Positions 27,465-41,350 of a stretch of 64,000 nucleotides of DNA are shown here, one piece after another. Where the stretch lies: NCBI GenBank assembly GCA_013265495.1, contig MU058423.1, positions 6,486,939 to 6,550,938 of the forward strand. The letters run 5' to 3'. Position numbers and translations under genes: made by a program. The notes beneath the pieces were generated by a model, which worked only from the letters and a program-made list of their open reading frames with translations, had not been told where the DNA came from and searched no databases. This DNA is from Vicugna vicugna. Lineage: Eukaryota. Every line of letters starts with the position of its first letter. Position 1 is the first letter of the stretch.

Positions 27465-29115
27465 TTAGATTATCATGTCCCAATCACTCTGCTAAATCCT
27501 GAGGACAAAAAGTTTAATAAGGCCTGAATCATTCAATGAGAATTTTACAATCTCCCGGAGAGAAAAAAAATACGTACATAATAGAAATCAAATGTGTTAA
27601 GTATTAGCGACATACAAAATGCCCTAGTTTAAACCTCATTGTCTCTCATCTGGAAAACTGCTGGAATGTAGTAACTGTTCTTCCTGCCTCTGGTCTCCTC
27701 CCACCCACCAGCTATTTAATCTCTTTTCCACATTACTGCCAGAATGCTCTATATAAGACAAATTTGATTTTGTTACACTAGATGTAAAGACCTTTGTTGG
27801 CTCTCCATTATAAGCAGAACACAGCTCAAGCTCCTTAGCAGGATACAGGAGACTTCCCTAACGTGGGTATCCTCTCTTCCCTCCCCTCTATCACCTATCA
27901 CCGAGTTTTTGGTGGTAGATTACAAGTGTCATACTGCCCTACGTCTTTCCAGCTTCCTCTTTTGGGGATGCCCTTTACATACTTAGCCTAACTCACTGTA
28001 TTTTTACTCTGCCTTTATGATTCAGTTAAGATTTAGTCTTCTAAGAAATCTTGCCAAATTATGGGTTTTTCCTTTGCCTTTTTATGACACATGGTGCCAA
28101 TCTCTATTTTACCACTTTCCATGGTATTTTTGGTTATGTTACAGGTGAAAGTATAAAATCAACCCTTGTGGTGAGAATGATCCTTTCCCACCCCTTCTCG
28201 TGTATCTTCCTGCCCTGCAGATTTAGGTATGTTTATGGATTCAGATTAGATTCTGCCACACTTTAAGTTGCACTTACATGCAATTTGAAGGCAGATGAAA
28301 CAGAAACCATCTTTGTTTCTTTGTTTCTTTCACTATTTTCTCCTGGCAAGCAAGAAGTTATTATGCAGCAATGTTTCAGTGTCCCAGTCTTTATCTTTGA
28401 AGGTGTTGCAATATAGTTTTGGTGGAGGCAAAAGCCAGACTTTACATTTCTGTGTCCAGGTACCAGTTCTATGAAACTGAGGTGCAGTTGCAGCAAGATT
28501 GCAGTGGCTTCCTGATCTCTGGATCCTAACTACAGCTGAGTGTGTCTCAACCCAGGTGTTCCAGAGCCAGTCTCCCCAGCCCCCACCTTTCTGATCTTGG
28601 CAGAAAGAACAGCCCCCCTGGAAGATCAGCTGTGTACTTCATCAGTAATTGTTTCACAGCCTTGAGCCCATTCCACCATCTTTACAATTACTTTATAAGT
28701 ACCTGTTCCCCTATATTTAATTTCTTTTTTGCATAGACTACCTAGAGCTGTTTCTGTTTCCTGTGCTGTGCCCTGACAATTTTTATAAACGAACTGGTTG
28801 CAAACAACAACATATCCTCAAGAAAGGGAAATTTGGATTGATTATCTGGCTACATTAAAGTTAGTGAAGATGAGAGTACAACTGAAGAATGGGTGGTGGT
28901 GGTCGAAAGAATGTGACAGAGTAAGTCAGTAAGTTAAGTTATTTGGAATGAAACACCTACTGAATATAAGGGCTATTGTTTCCTGGAGTGAAGCCTGACT
29001 GACGCACTCTCCTCAAGGCAAAGACTGTCATGGCCATCTTACAGCCATAGCTCCTAGCACAGAGCCTGGCCCATAGTCTCACACCATGTAAGTGTATGGG
29101 ACCGAAATGAATGAC
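27465..29115. mobile_element. L2 fragments (minus 27465-27615; plus 27620-28135 and 29000-29115)
   Basis: L2 3' motifs, e.g. cctagcacagagcctggcccatag...aatgaatga. Confidence 0.65.
28140..28995 (+). mobile_element. ERVL-type LTR (LTR33/LTR16-like) plus start of internal sequence, nested in L2
   Basis: LTR end cctagagctgtttctgtttcctg...ccctgac, followed by aactggtt. Confidence 0.55.
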
Positions 29116-30189
29116 ACATTCTGCCCAAATTATTGTAGTACCTCCATGGGTGACTTTATGTTAGACTTTGATATTTAGGCATTTCAGTTATATTTCAGAC
29201 ATAAGAGACAGCATGTTCATAGGAATAAAGGCTCTGAAAGACAAAGCATGCTTGGGAAATAGCAAGTAATTCAGTAACTGTATCAGCAGGCCTTTGAAAG
29301 ACATAGTGAGAGATAATGCAAGACAAATTCTGAAGAAATGTTTCTGAAGAAACAAAATTTTGAAGGACTCAGTGTATCACACTAAATCTACTACTATACA
29401 TAACAATTTTCAATATTTTTCCCAGAAATCTTTCCCAATGTTTTCTAATTAACTTTTATAAATCTCCTGCTCTGTTATTTCCAATCCCATACTGGGAATA
29501 AAATTGTAATAACAATATTAGACCTGTATTGTTCATTTCAGAGTACTATTTTTCACCTCTTGTCATGATATTTCAATAAATATAAACCAAAACAAAATTT
29601 TAAATGATCTGCTTATCTTAAGATATATCTTATTTAGCAATCATTTATAATTTACTTTTTTAGATAAAATACCTATATCTATTTTTATTTATCCTTTTGA
29701 ATTATTAAATCAGAAATGACCACTTAATTCTTGACCATGCTCTTTCTTCACATGTACCTTCAACATGACTATTTTAAAACACAGATAGGGAATCAACTTT
29801 CACACATTTTACCTTTTACCTTTTAGTTATAACATGAGCATTTCTACAGACTATTAGATATTGATCTAAATTTGAATACATTTTCTTTTTACAAATTAAG
29901 ATGATTATTTTATAAAAAGATGTAAGAGTGAATATTCTTTTTTCCTACAAACAAAAGTGCAACAAAGCAAGTGAAGTGTTCTAAGTTCCTAGTTTTTCCA
30001 TACGTAAAATGGGACGTAAAATAGAAAATGGGACAAGTCTTCATCATTACTGCATCAAACCAATACTACTCAGAGAAGGAATCTATCACTTGGTTTTCTT
30101 TGGATAATAAAATTCATTCTTCAGGCACAGGGCTGATGCAATTTTAATGTGCACTCCCTATAGAATTTATTTCACGCCACTTTCCTCAG

Positions 30190-30330
30190 TCACTCATTCA
30201 TTTACTTAGTAAATATCTATTGAGTGCCCACCACGTGCTTGGAAATATCAACAGACAAAACAAAGATCCCTGCCCTGGGAGCTAGTATCCTAAGATGGGG
30301 AGATAGAAAATACATAAAATACATAATAAG
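30190..30330 (-). mobile_element. L2 3' end
   Basis: cattcatttacttagtaaatatctattgagtgccc...caaagatccctgccct. Confidence 0.75.
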
Positions 30331-30584
30331 ATAAAATGTTACTAATCTTAATAACCACTGCCTGGGATTAAGTGACAGCTGTGAAAAGTGCCTTAGTTCT
30401 TAGAGTTTGAAATATGATATCTCCTCAAACTGTAAATACAATTGCCCTTGAATGCTGAACTATAAATTCAACATATAAATGATATTCATAGTAATAAGCA
30501 GACGTACAGAAAATAGCAGGATGGCTCAGAGCTAGCAGGGATCTAATAAACTTTATATCCTATCAACAGCAGACAACCTTATCG

Positions 30585-31520
30585 GAGACGACATACCAGG
30601 TATTGTGTTAACAACTTTACATGCATTTTATTCTTTAAGAAAACATTTTTACAAAAATAAGTAGGTCCAATTACTATACCCATTCTACAGGAAAGGAAAC
30701 AAAAACAGAGAAGATTCCCATACTAAAGAGCTTAAGAAGCGACTTCGATGGGGCTAGAAGCCAGATTATCCTGAAGGTACTAGACTTAGACTGTGACTAG
30801 AACGCAGTAATATATCTATTAAAAAAAACAACTACAACTGTACTAATCATAAAGAGACACTGGGAGCTACGGAGGAAGTTTTAAAAGGTGAAGTAACTAT
30901 TGCAGTGCACATCTAAATGCTTTTTAGGAGAGAGCAAGCCTTAAACAAGGAAGTGAAAGTTCTATTCTCAAGAACATGCTAATGTATGGACAGTGCCTCA
31001 GGCTAATTTGATGTGATGAGAAATATTTGATTCATTTAATTAACTCTATTTGTTCTAATTTGCCTATCAATCAAACTTCTGATTATTATTTGGGGTTCCA
31101 AGTTTAATACCAAGAAGGAAGGTATTAGCCATGTCAATGTAAGTTTTATGATGTACATATGACACTTATGTTTCCTTTGAAATATGATAAATTTGATTCT
31201 AGTTTTAGTCATCCATCTCATGACCATGGCTAGAAACTAATATTATTTCATGAACTTTTCAATATGCAAAGCTCTACACTAAAGTCATTTATGCCTAAAT
31301 ATTTTTTGTCACAAGTATTTATTGAATGAATTTAGTCTGTCAATTATTAAAGAGGTAAACTTCTATACTTAAACTTCACAACAACCTTGCAGGTTAAGAA
31401 CTATTACTATACTCATTTTGCAGATGAGAAAACTGAAGTGTAAAGGAAACAGCTAATAAATCCATGTACATACAGGGTTAGAACTTATATTCAGGTCTGT
31501 CTGACACCAGAGCCAAAATT
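30585..31520 (-). mobile_element. Two MIR fragments (30585-30810, 31373-31520)
   Basis: cccattctacaggaaaggaaac; cattttgcagatgagaaaactgaag. Confidence 0.7.
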
Positions 31521-31629
31521 ATCCCTTTTAAAACTGAAGTGTGCTGGCTAATCATTAGCATAATCATGAACATCTGAGAATTACATTTTATCAAGTTAGC
31601 CATTACTTTACTTGAAGTCCTCAGTTTAC

Positions 31630-31787
31630 CTTGCCTGCTGTGAAACTCTCAAATAGTATCATGAAGCACCAAGTCCTCTTCATTAAACACACAGAATATG
31701 AAAAACACTTGTGCTCAAGACAAAACATATAAGATTATCAGCAATATCACTTTCTTCAAGAGTATTGGTTGTCAAGTGAAAACAATG
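31630..31787 (-). pseudogene. Exon remnant K (linker, just before PX)
   Basis: Long pyrimidine tract ending ttttaag| and donor GCAAG|gtaaac. Ends FNEEDLVLHDTI*EFHSRQ in phase 1, matching exon L. Confidence 0.5.
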
Positions 31788-32605
31788 CTTAAAAAAAAGA
31801 AAAAATAGAAGAGGAATAACTATAAAATAAGTGCTATCACAGATATTTTTATATTACGTTTTAAGGAAAACTACTAATGTACAAAGTATGAATAAATTCT
31901 TGACATTTCTGTGATACAAATATGAAATAGAGGCACTTGATTACTTTTTTCTTCTCTCATGCCTAAAAACCCATGTTAAAAATGGAAAGGTTTTTGTTTT
32001 CTTTATTTCTTTGAGCTAATGATTATTCCTAAGGGATGGAGTAGACCATTTATTCGAACATCATGAAAGGATGCTGTTTCTCAACTAGTTTATCCCTGAA
32101 TGTCAATCCAAATCACTCACAGAAAACAGAGAATCTTAATTTCAGTGTTGAAAACTGCAAAAGGTGTGAGGATTATTAAATCTCAGCTCCTGAATCTATT
32201 TGTAAAGTACTGACTGAGGGCTCCAAGTTACAAGTCCACACTTCTGCTGAAAGAGGAAGAGATTCATACATGTTTTGAGATGATACCTCTCTTCGTAACA
32301 CCTATTTCTGGCAAAAGAACTCATCCATGATTTCATCTGGCTTGATAAATTAGCATGCCTCAACCTGTTGAATAGACTAAACTATTATTTTAGATCCAAA
32401 ACATTCTCATAAGCATTATTTTTAAAACCATTTTTAACTGAGGACATTCCTAAATTTTAATTTAGAGAAACAAGTAATCAGAAATCATTCAAGGAACAAT
32501 TTGTGACAAAAAGCCTCACAGAAGGTTGTTTTACTGATTTTCTTCACTTTGTAAGTAAATCCTTTCAAGAGTCAAATAACATCAGTAACTGAAAAACAAA
32601 TCTAC

Positions 32606-32780
32606 CTGCCTTTATCTCCCAAATTGAAATATTCAACATTAAAGTTTTTAGCATGATACCCTATCATCATCTTGGCATTTGATGCAGTTTTGCAGAGCTT
32701 CAGTGAGAAGATTCTCTGGATTCTGGGTCTATTTTCAGAATTAGCTATTAGAGTCACAAACATCTGATATACCTGATAAC
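32606..32780 (-). pseudogene. Exon remnant J (linker)
   Basis: tattgacag| ... GGCAG|gtagat, 175 nt with an open frame (track ORF 32602-32805). Confidence 0.45.
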
Positions 32781-33149
32781 CTGTCAATAGTAGCTCAATT
32801 TTCACAAAATAGAGGTGAAATGAAAGGAAAAAAACCAGCTGGTGCTAGGATCATCCAGGTCTCAGACTCTACAATATAAACAAGATTAGAATATCTTATC
32901 ATTCACCAATATTATCTTTATCATGAATAAGGAACTATCACAATTGTTACAAATATTTATAATTCTACATTTTTACTTTATTACATACACATTTAAATAA
33001 ATTCTTATTTTTAATTTACTCTGAATAAGTTTATTAGATTGTCCATTTATAATGGCAAAGAAAAATCACTGTATATCAATCATATTATAAAACTCTTGTT
33101 GAATGTTTCCTTTATTTCTTGCCCTAATTAAAACTTGGGATGTTCCTTC

Positions 33150-34690
33150 ATAATATTTCTATTCCTTGTCCTCATGAGTGGAAGCGATTTTTCCTTCAAC
33201 CCCATGCATCCCAACATGTGGATGTTTAGTAGTTGTCCTTGTTCTTCAATGCCATTTCCAGAAACTTTATTTTTCCTTTTTCAATAGCAGATTTGAATTT
33301 ATGTCAGTAAACTCTACCATCTACTAACTCCTGTGTTGTTATCTTTCTGGATCCATTTCCTCCCATACTGATGACTTTAGCACTTGCCTTTCCCTTTCAG
33401 ATTCCTAACATCATTTGGCAAATTCAGTATTCACATGACTGGTCCATCCAACATCGTGATCATGCATAATATTAACCTCACTTCTACCTCCTTCCTCCAC
33501 TCCATTTCAGCCTCTCATTTCCATGGTTGTATCATTGGCATTTCTTTCACCTATAACTCAACCACTTCTAAAAACACTAACTTTAAACAGCCAGTTCTCT
33601 GACACCACTTTCTACTTGAACAGTTTACCTACTCTAGTGCTCTCAGTCTCTCAAGCTGTTCTTCAATCTCAATTAACCCTACAACATTATGCCTTTTTGT
33701 CTTAGTTTTTTTTTAATCTTGTTTATATTACATTATCAATCATTATCATCATATGTTCCTAAGTCTGTAACTGTCATACATCTCAGTCTCAGTTACTTAT
33801 TGGAACTGCACTCTAGTTTTTTACATTTCCAGTACCTGTCAATACTAGTTGAATTTTCACAAAATAGAAGTAAATGTAAGAAAAAAAAACCCAGCTGATT
33901 GTGAAGCCTGAACTCAAACACTCCAATATCAAACAGAATTAAAGCATTTTATTACTCTATAATTTTATTTCTATTATGGATAAGAAACTATCACAACGGT
34001 TAAAAATATACTCTAACCAGTGGTGTACACACACCGTGCACATAACTGTTCTGACTGGGCTCCCCTTAAATCCATTGTCACAAAGTTCAAAAGGTCAGTT
34101 GATATTAGTATTCTTTCTTTTCTAGTTTTTAAAACCAGTATTTCATAGCTTCTTTCCCATCCTTCTTACCTCTACCCAACTTTTATCCTCAGATGATGAT
34201 CTTACTTTATAGTTGTATCAGAACAAGTTCTCAGTGGTGAAACTTCATAGAAAAAATAAAATTCATCACATAAGAGTTCTCTGATCATTTTCCCACCACT
34301 GACTATTATTAGCATACCCACTCCTGTACCACGGCTTTCCACCTCACTCATAGTAAAAACCAAAGTTGTAGCGACGGCCTTCAAGGACCAGCATGATCAG
34401 ACCTCATCCTCTGAATCCTTGACATTCCTGCAGCCTGGAATATTTGGATTTTTGTTTGGTTTATATCCTTGAATTAACTATAGTAATGAAAGAGTCCCTG
34501 ACCCACCTTATAAAGCAGCAGCTATCCTGAGGCATGTCGTATCCGTCTTACCCTGACTAATTCTTCTGCAAGTACTCAGCACTTCTGATAGCTACTTCTT
34601 TGTTTAATTTGTCTGTAGTCCCCTACTCTTTTGTTTGTTTAGTGTCATATCCTAGGCCCAGAAAAATGAATGACATACTGTACTGACGAC
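33150..34690 (+). mobile_element. Degenerate L2
   Basis: Pyrimidine-rich L2 ORF2-like text ending tagtgtcatatcctaggcccagaaaaatgaatgacata. Confidence 0.55.
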
Positions 34691-34809
34691 CACTGGATAC
34701 ACTCAGAGTAACCAACAGAGTCCCACCTTCTGAAACTGCATGACTTTAGGGGCACATTTATTGCCAAGATGAAAAACCACACACTGAGAAATTCTTGGAA
34801 AAGAGGTAC

Positions 34810-35356
34810 TCAGACATTCTCTCTGTTTCAGTGGTTGCTACAAGCATCTTGCTTCCTTAAACTTCCACAAATCTTCCTCTGAATGTTATCACTTCTTCAA
34901 GTAGAAGACCAATAAACAAAGTCTTCAAGTTTGAAGATTTTACTTAAGGATAAATGCTCTTAAACAATAACTGAATGAGATTTTCTACAATTTAGATTTT
35001 TATGTTATACATTTATTTCTCTGTCAGATATTAGTTTCAAAAGTGTTCAGAATGAAACTAGAATCAGTAGATATTAAAGAAAAAGAAAAGAAATATTTTA
35101 ATTTATTGAATTCTAATTAATAAAAAGATTTATCCTTTCATCAGATAGTTCAGTGAGTTTCACTGTGCTTGACATTTAGAACGGCTCACTGGCAAATCAA
35201 CAAAACACTTCAGATGAAAAAATTTATTAGTAAAATTAAAAATATTCAGTAAACAAAATGATTTTGTCAAATACCTTGACACAGTCTGCTTACTGATTAT
35301 ATCCTGATTCTCAAATGAATGTTTCAGCAAAGAAAATTTAGTTTGTCAATGACAAA
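34810..35356 (-). pseudogene. Two possible small exon remnants I/I2 (35356-35275 and 34942-~34815)
   Basis: ttctgtcaaatag|...TCAAG|gtattt reads LKHSFENQDIISKQTVS. tatccttaag| reads KIFKLEDFVYWSST*RSDNIQRK in matching phase 2. Confidence 0.3.
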
Positions 35357-35472
35357 CTATTTGACAGAAATTTTTATTTTGAAAAGTAGTTTATCATACC
35401 TTTGTTAAAACTTGAATTTAGAATGAACAGTAAAACTAATGTTTGCTCAAAATAAATTTTGCTTTATACCTT

Positions 35473-35692
35473 TGTATTAGGTTCCTGTGACTGTTGTTAA
35501 AAATTATCAAACACTTGATGACTTAAAATAATAGAAATTTATTCTCTCACAGTTCCAGGGGCCAGAAGTCTGGAATCAGTACCACTAGAACACAATTAAG
35601 GTGTAAGTAGGGGCCCCACTCCCTCTAGGAGCTGGAGAGGAAAATCCTTCCCATGCCTCTTCTAGCTTCTGGCAGCTGCCCAGATTCCTTGT
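35473..35692 (-). mobile_element. MaLR LTR (MLT1-type) fragment
   Basis: tgtattaggttcctg...aaatttattctctcacagttccaggggccagaagtc. Confidence 0.8.
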
Positions 35693-36000
35693 GTCTGATA
35701 GTCATTCTCTTATGTCGATGTGCAAACTATTGCTCTGCTCCAAAGGCATATATATATAGCCTGTAAGCTTTTCCAATTACAATTCAGATTTATAATTTTG
35801 GGAAAGAGTTTTGGATGTTTTAACTTTAATATAAGTTCTGCTGTTATTAATACCCATTTTAATAAAGTATAATATTGTTGGCAATTCAATGCCTTTATTT
35901 TTGCAAAACAAAAATATGTGGTCTTAAGACACTGTCCCTCGCTTTACAAATTCTAGAGTTGTTTTTGTGATAGCCATGAAGACATAATGGTCAAATCTCC

Positions 36001-36769
36001 TGTCAAGGGGAACATAGTTTACTGGTGATCTCAGCTGCTGCTTCTATGGACCCAAAACTGTGTTTGTGCTGATGCCACACTTCCCAGGGTCTGCTCCCAG
36101 GCAATGACTGAGCAGCACAGGAGTAATAATGCTGGCCCTTTTCTATCAAACAGAGAACTGATCAACTAATTTGGCTTCTCACTGGTCTGGCTAAACTTTT
36201 CTGGGCACTTGTTATAAGCTAAACTGCATTCTCCATAAATTCATAGTTTTGACCCACAGTACCCCAGAATGTGACTGTATTTGGACCTAGGGCCTTTAAA
36301 GAGATAATTAAGGTGGTCTTTATCCAGTATGACTAGAGTCTCTATAAGAAGAGATTAGAACAGAGAGACAGAAGAAAGATCATGTGAAGACATTGGAGGA
36401 GGACTGCCATATTCAAGTCAAGAAAAGAGGCCTCAGAAGAAATTAATCTTGTTGACAATTTGATCTTGGATTTCCAGCCCTCAGAACTGTGAAGAAAGAA
36501 GTTTGTTGCTTAAGCCAGTGAGTCTGTAGTACCTTGTTACATCATCCCTAAAACTCTAGTACAGAACTATACTGCAGTTCAGTAATCTTCCCAATCCTTC
36601 TCTTTCTGTCTCCTCTCCCACAAGAGTCAGACCTGAACCATGTCTGAAATTTCACCCCAACAGCTTCTGCTCTCTCTCACTTTATTCCTTACAGATTTTC
36701 CCCCCCAATGTATATTTTGCATATGTTATTCTATTTTGGTTCTGTTCCTCACTGAAACCAAAATAACAC
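36001..36769 (+). mobile_element. LTR16-like ERVL LTR, host of the nested MLT1
   Basis: ctgctcccaggcaatgactgagcagcacagg; TG...CA ends. Confidence 0.65.
36210..36563 (+). mobile_element. Solo MLT1A/B-type LTR
   Basis: TG...ACA ends with 5-bp TSD gcact/gaact; cagaatgtgactgtatttgga...cagaactgtga. Confidence 0.88.
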
Positions 36770-37208
36770 AATCTTCTAACTAAAATAGAGTAAAACATTT
36801 CTAGTTCCTATGACAGAGACATTAACTTTAACTCATCATTATTCAAGTGTTCTTTTTATAACTCCAATGAAATTCTCATCTTTATTTCTTCTAAATATTT
36901 GTGACAAAAGTTATTCTTTATAAATCTGATTAAAAATCATTTTCAGTGTATAAACTTATTTTTGAAGCATTATTTCTCTCAAAAGTCTAAAGAAACTAAA
37001 AATCTATTTTTACTTATAAACTTCCATTTATTGGCCGGCATTTTATGATAGCTCCTGAGCTAGTCATCTTTTTTAAAATAACTGAATCAAATGACATTGA
37101 ATAGCAATAAAAGCATATCTATTCAAGAAACAGTTAAGTTGAACACATGCAAATTTTCAAAGCATTAGTTGAGGGAACAACAAAAAAAAAGAACTGAGTA
37201 ATTGCTCA

Positions 37209-37245
<37 letters not shown>
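37209..37245. repeat. (CT)n(AT)n compound microsatellite
   Basis: Direct reading. Confidence 0.9.
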
Positions 37246-37959
37246 CACGTATATATAAAAGAGCATAATTCTCTGCACATCTGTGCCCAGAGAACTGCCT
37301 TTGAATAAAAGAGTAACTACACGAATATAAGATTAATAAACAGTGTATCATTAATTAAAATCAAAATACTCCTAAAGTGGTTAACACTTTACTGTTATTA
37401 TTATTTATAAAAATTACTAATGATTTTAAATTTTATAATTTCAAGTAGAAGACATTAATTTAACTAATTTTTTTCATTAATTCCTAAAATGACTTCTTAA
37501 AAGGTATATAAAATTTTATTATACTCCATTACCAGAGGTATTTAGGGAGACGACATTTTTTTTTAATTCATGTTAGTGAATTTTTCTATCAAATATGATA
37601 AAAATGAATGGGCAATGAGACTCTGAAATTATATCTTTACCTAAAAATATTTATTATAAAAAAATTTGTTGTGAAGTTTTCAGTGTTGAGTGCTACAAAG
37701 GAAATATAGCAGGCACTAAATCAGTGAACTGAGAAAAGGATGGAAGACATTTTATCACTACAAATCTTTTAATGCTCTGTAAAATATTTGCCAGTATTGT
37801 GTTACTAATGAGAAAATTCAACCAGAAAAATCAGTCTTATAAATAGTCTATATTTAAAATATTTATGCTAGAACAAATTACAAACTTTGGAAAATAACTT
37901 TCCAGCTGTAGATATTTTTTAAGATCATGGAATTTTATTCTTTGAATGAGATTATGACC

Positions 37960-39480
37960 CTATTAGTACACTTTTAGATTCTTATTTTATTGCAAAAGGT
38001 GTAGGTACTGAAAGGTACTTAAACTGAGCGTAACTTACCCCACATTTACATCCAATATTTATCTAACCAGAAGTTTCTCTCTGCCACCAGATCCCCATGC
38101 TTGCCTGAAAGTACAATAACTACCTTCTGTCCCACTAAGATCCAAAAGACAGATGCACCATTTCATCTTTAAATGCTCTTCTATCAGCTGTTTGGGTCCT
38201 TATCCTTCTCACTATCTAATTTTTTCAGTTATTTCCTTTCTGCTCCTGTTTACTGACTCTTTTCTAACATTTTAAAATGTTCAAGTATCTTTCATTTAAA
38301 AAAAAAATTCCTAAATCCTTTCCAAAACCAGTTATCTCCTTTTGTCACAAAATTGCAAAAGAGTAGCACCTACCAGGGATCAGCAAAATTTTTTGTAAAG
38401 AGCCAGTGTGTAAACACTGTGAACCATATGGTCTCTATTTCAAATACCCTTCTCTGCCATTGTAGCCTGAAGAGTTATACACAATAGATAACCAAATGAG
38501 GGTAGCTGTGTTCCAATGAAGCTGTATTTATGGACACATATTTGAACACAATATAATTTTCACATTTCACAAGATATTTTTTCAATTTTTTTAAGGTCAA
38601 AATAAATGGCTTTTCTGTATACTGAATTTTTCAAGCAAAAACTCTATGAGCTACTTCTCTCACAACTCTTCCCATTTATCAGTCAGCAAGTTTGTGTCAA
38701 GTATTCCTACAAAAGACTTCCCGAACCCATCTATACCTGTCCAAGCCACTATGTACATCCTTGCGCAAATCCTCATTGTCTCTTATTTCCAAATGTTCTC
38801 TCTTGCCCCTATAATCCAGTCTTCATTTAGCAATTATAGTGCCTTTTTAAAACATAAATTAGGGTACATCATTCTTTGACTTAAAACTGCCCAGTAGATT
38901 CTTATTATATTTAGAATAAAATCAGCATTCTTCACATTGGCTTACAAAGCCCCAGTGATCTGGCTCCTGTTTACCTCTCTGACTTATTTTAGCTCATCTT
39001 CTACCATCATCTCATTCTTCTCTGCTACCACACTGGTTTTCTTTCTGTTCTTTTATTATGAAAACTTGCTCCCACAATAAAGTATCTCTGTTAGCTTTTT
39101 CCCTCTCCCTTAAATTATTTCTCCTGATCTTCACATTACTAGCTCCAGGTATCAGCTTAAACATCATCTCTGCATTGGGGTTTGTGTGGCCAAAAGCCAC
39201 CAATCTAATGTAGCTAACCCTACACTACATAGCACCTATGACTGCCAGATACGCTTTTTGTTTACACGTTTAGTTGCTTCCCAGCACACAGGCCAGTATC
39301 TAATTTGATTTTATAGTTTATCATCCAAACTAGGACAGCTTGGAAGTATAAGAGAAAAATATTGCTAGTTATGCTAAGAGAACAGGCATGAAACAAGGCG
39401 TCCCACGCCAAGAAAGACAACAATCACTGTATAAAGGCCTGACATAAAGTGGTCTGGCAGCAAATGTTTTAAATGAATAA
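37960..39480 (+). mobile_element. L2 fragment with an inserted MER58-type hAT MITE (~38375-38630)
   Basis: cagggatcagcaaaa...gctgtgttccaatgaagctgtatttatggacac (MER58); tggcttacaaagccccagtgatctggctcctg (L2). Confidence 0.7.
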
Positions 39481-40474
39481 TCTCTCCTGCCCATTTCCTT
39501 CAAGAAACTACATATTCTGATAAAAATGAATTTAAATTATTCCAGTCATGTTATGGGAAATAAGCAAATTGTGTGTTCTTATATTTATAACTGTAAGCTT
39601 TGTTATAATACTAATTATTACATTATAAAGAACAATAGAAAGCAAGATTAAAGAAATTCTTCTTAATCACCAACTCTTTGTCTTATAAAAAGGAAATCGG
39701 ATTTGAAATTGAGATTTTTGGCATACCGAAATTAACTTCATTACAAATAGATAATATTTAATAATGTCACTTGTGCCACTTAAGAATAATATACATAAGT
39801 TTTAAGTGTTTAATTTAAACATCTACTCTACTAAACCTCCAATTATCAATAGATACATTTTAGCTATTTTCTTTGATATGCAATTTAAGTGATTTTTAAT
39901 TTTTCAATAATACAATACACATTGGCCATAAAAATTTTTATGTTCTTTGACTGTGGTGATTTTCCTTTTGTCTTCCATCCTCTAGAGATATATTCTGTTT
40001 AAAAATTACATAAAAACTTTGGTTGAGAATTAATTTCACAAAATCATTCATACACCTGAGCAAGGCAAAAATTGAGAAAGAAACCTAGAGGGTTTGTTTT
40101 ATTTTTCATGATCTGTTTCCTAAATAGGACTGCTGCTTCATTGTTAAATAGTTCAATTTTCCTATACCTCTCAGTCACCTGTAGATTCACACATTTTTGC
40201 ACTTTACATTTGTTTCACCCTGGTAGTTATTAAAATTTTAAAACCCAGGTGGTAATAGCCAAGCTCTGTAATTCATGAGATGGAGTTCTTTTTCCTCTTT
40301 CGAGTAAGACTGTGATTGAAAAAATACAGTGTTTTCACAATTATTTTTCATTATTAACTTACAATTATAATGTAAAGTCATAGTTATATAATATGAAGAA
40401 ATACGGAATAAATTTTAGAAAAATATTTAACAGTATTTCTAAAACAAATTTAAAAAGTCTTTGTTTTCATGCTA

Positions 40475-40975
40475 ATTTTGCCTGAGTTCTTCATAAAGCA
40501 GAGCCTAAGGCATGTGCTTTTATGTCATTATTTTATTAGGGAGTCCCATCCCAGGAAACAGGAGTGAAGGCCCAGGGGAGTAAGACAGTGGATGAGGGAA
40601 GAATGCGTTATTTAGTTGGAGGCCCCCATGACTGACTGTTCCCTCCTGTGGTACCATCACCCGAATCTGTCATATAAACTGAATTGCAGGCATCTTCATT
40701 AAGGGCAAGAAAGAGAATAGACTGTATCCATTAGTTTCCAAATATATGCAGTAATTTCCAAATCTTCTTGGTCAAAGGTTTACCCTATGGACGTTTAGTT
40801 CTTTGCATGCTGGTTATAGCAGCACCAACAGGGAAACCCTAGTGGGCAGGGATAGGCTCTCAGGCAAGATGCTGAGCAACCTCAAGTGTTAGGTTTTGGT
40901 TGAAGCACACACTATGCTAGTCATCACCGCCACAATTGAAATGAGAGACAGGTAAAACCAAGAGGAGACATAATT
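40475..40975 (-). mobile_element. ERVL LTR (LTR16/33-like)
   Basis: aagcagagcctaagg...ttttattagggagtcccatcccaggaaacaggagtga. Confidence 0.55.
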
Positions 40976-41350
40976 TTTTCTGGACGTTTTAGAATAGTCA
41001 ACATTTTATCTTGAAAAATATATTTTGAAAATGCTGAGTAACCAAAGTGACTTTATCTGATATAAACTACAAATTAAGAGTACATTATTGACATGACATA
41101 GGAATTGAATAGAAAGCATAGAAATAGATTCAAGTATAAATATAATTTTAATTCACATGATAAAGAAATTTTCAGGTGCAAGCTAAAAATAGATTATTAA
41201 ATTGATCATGTTTACAAGTAGCTAATCATTCTAAGAAGAATTAGTTTAAGCTTTTAATTTACATCAAAATTAATTTTACATAAATGATAGATTTTAAAAT
41301 AGGGGAAAAAAGAAACACAAAAGTACTACAGAAAAATTACAGTAAATATT

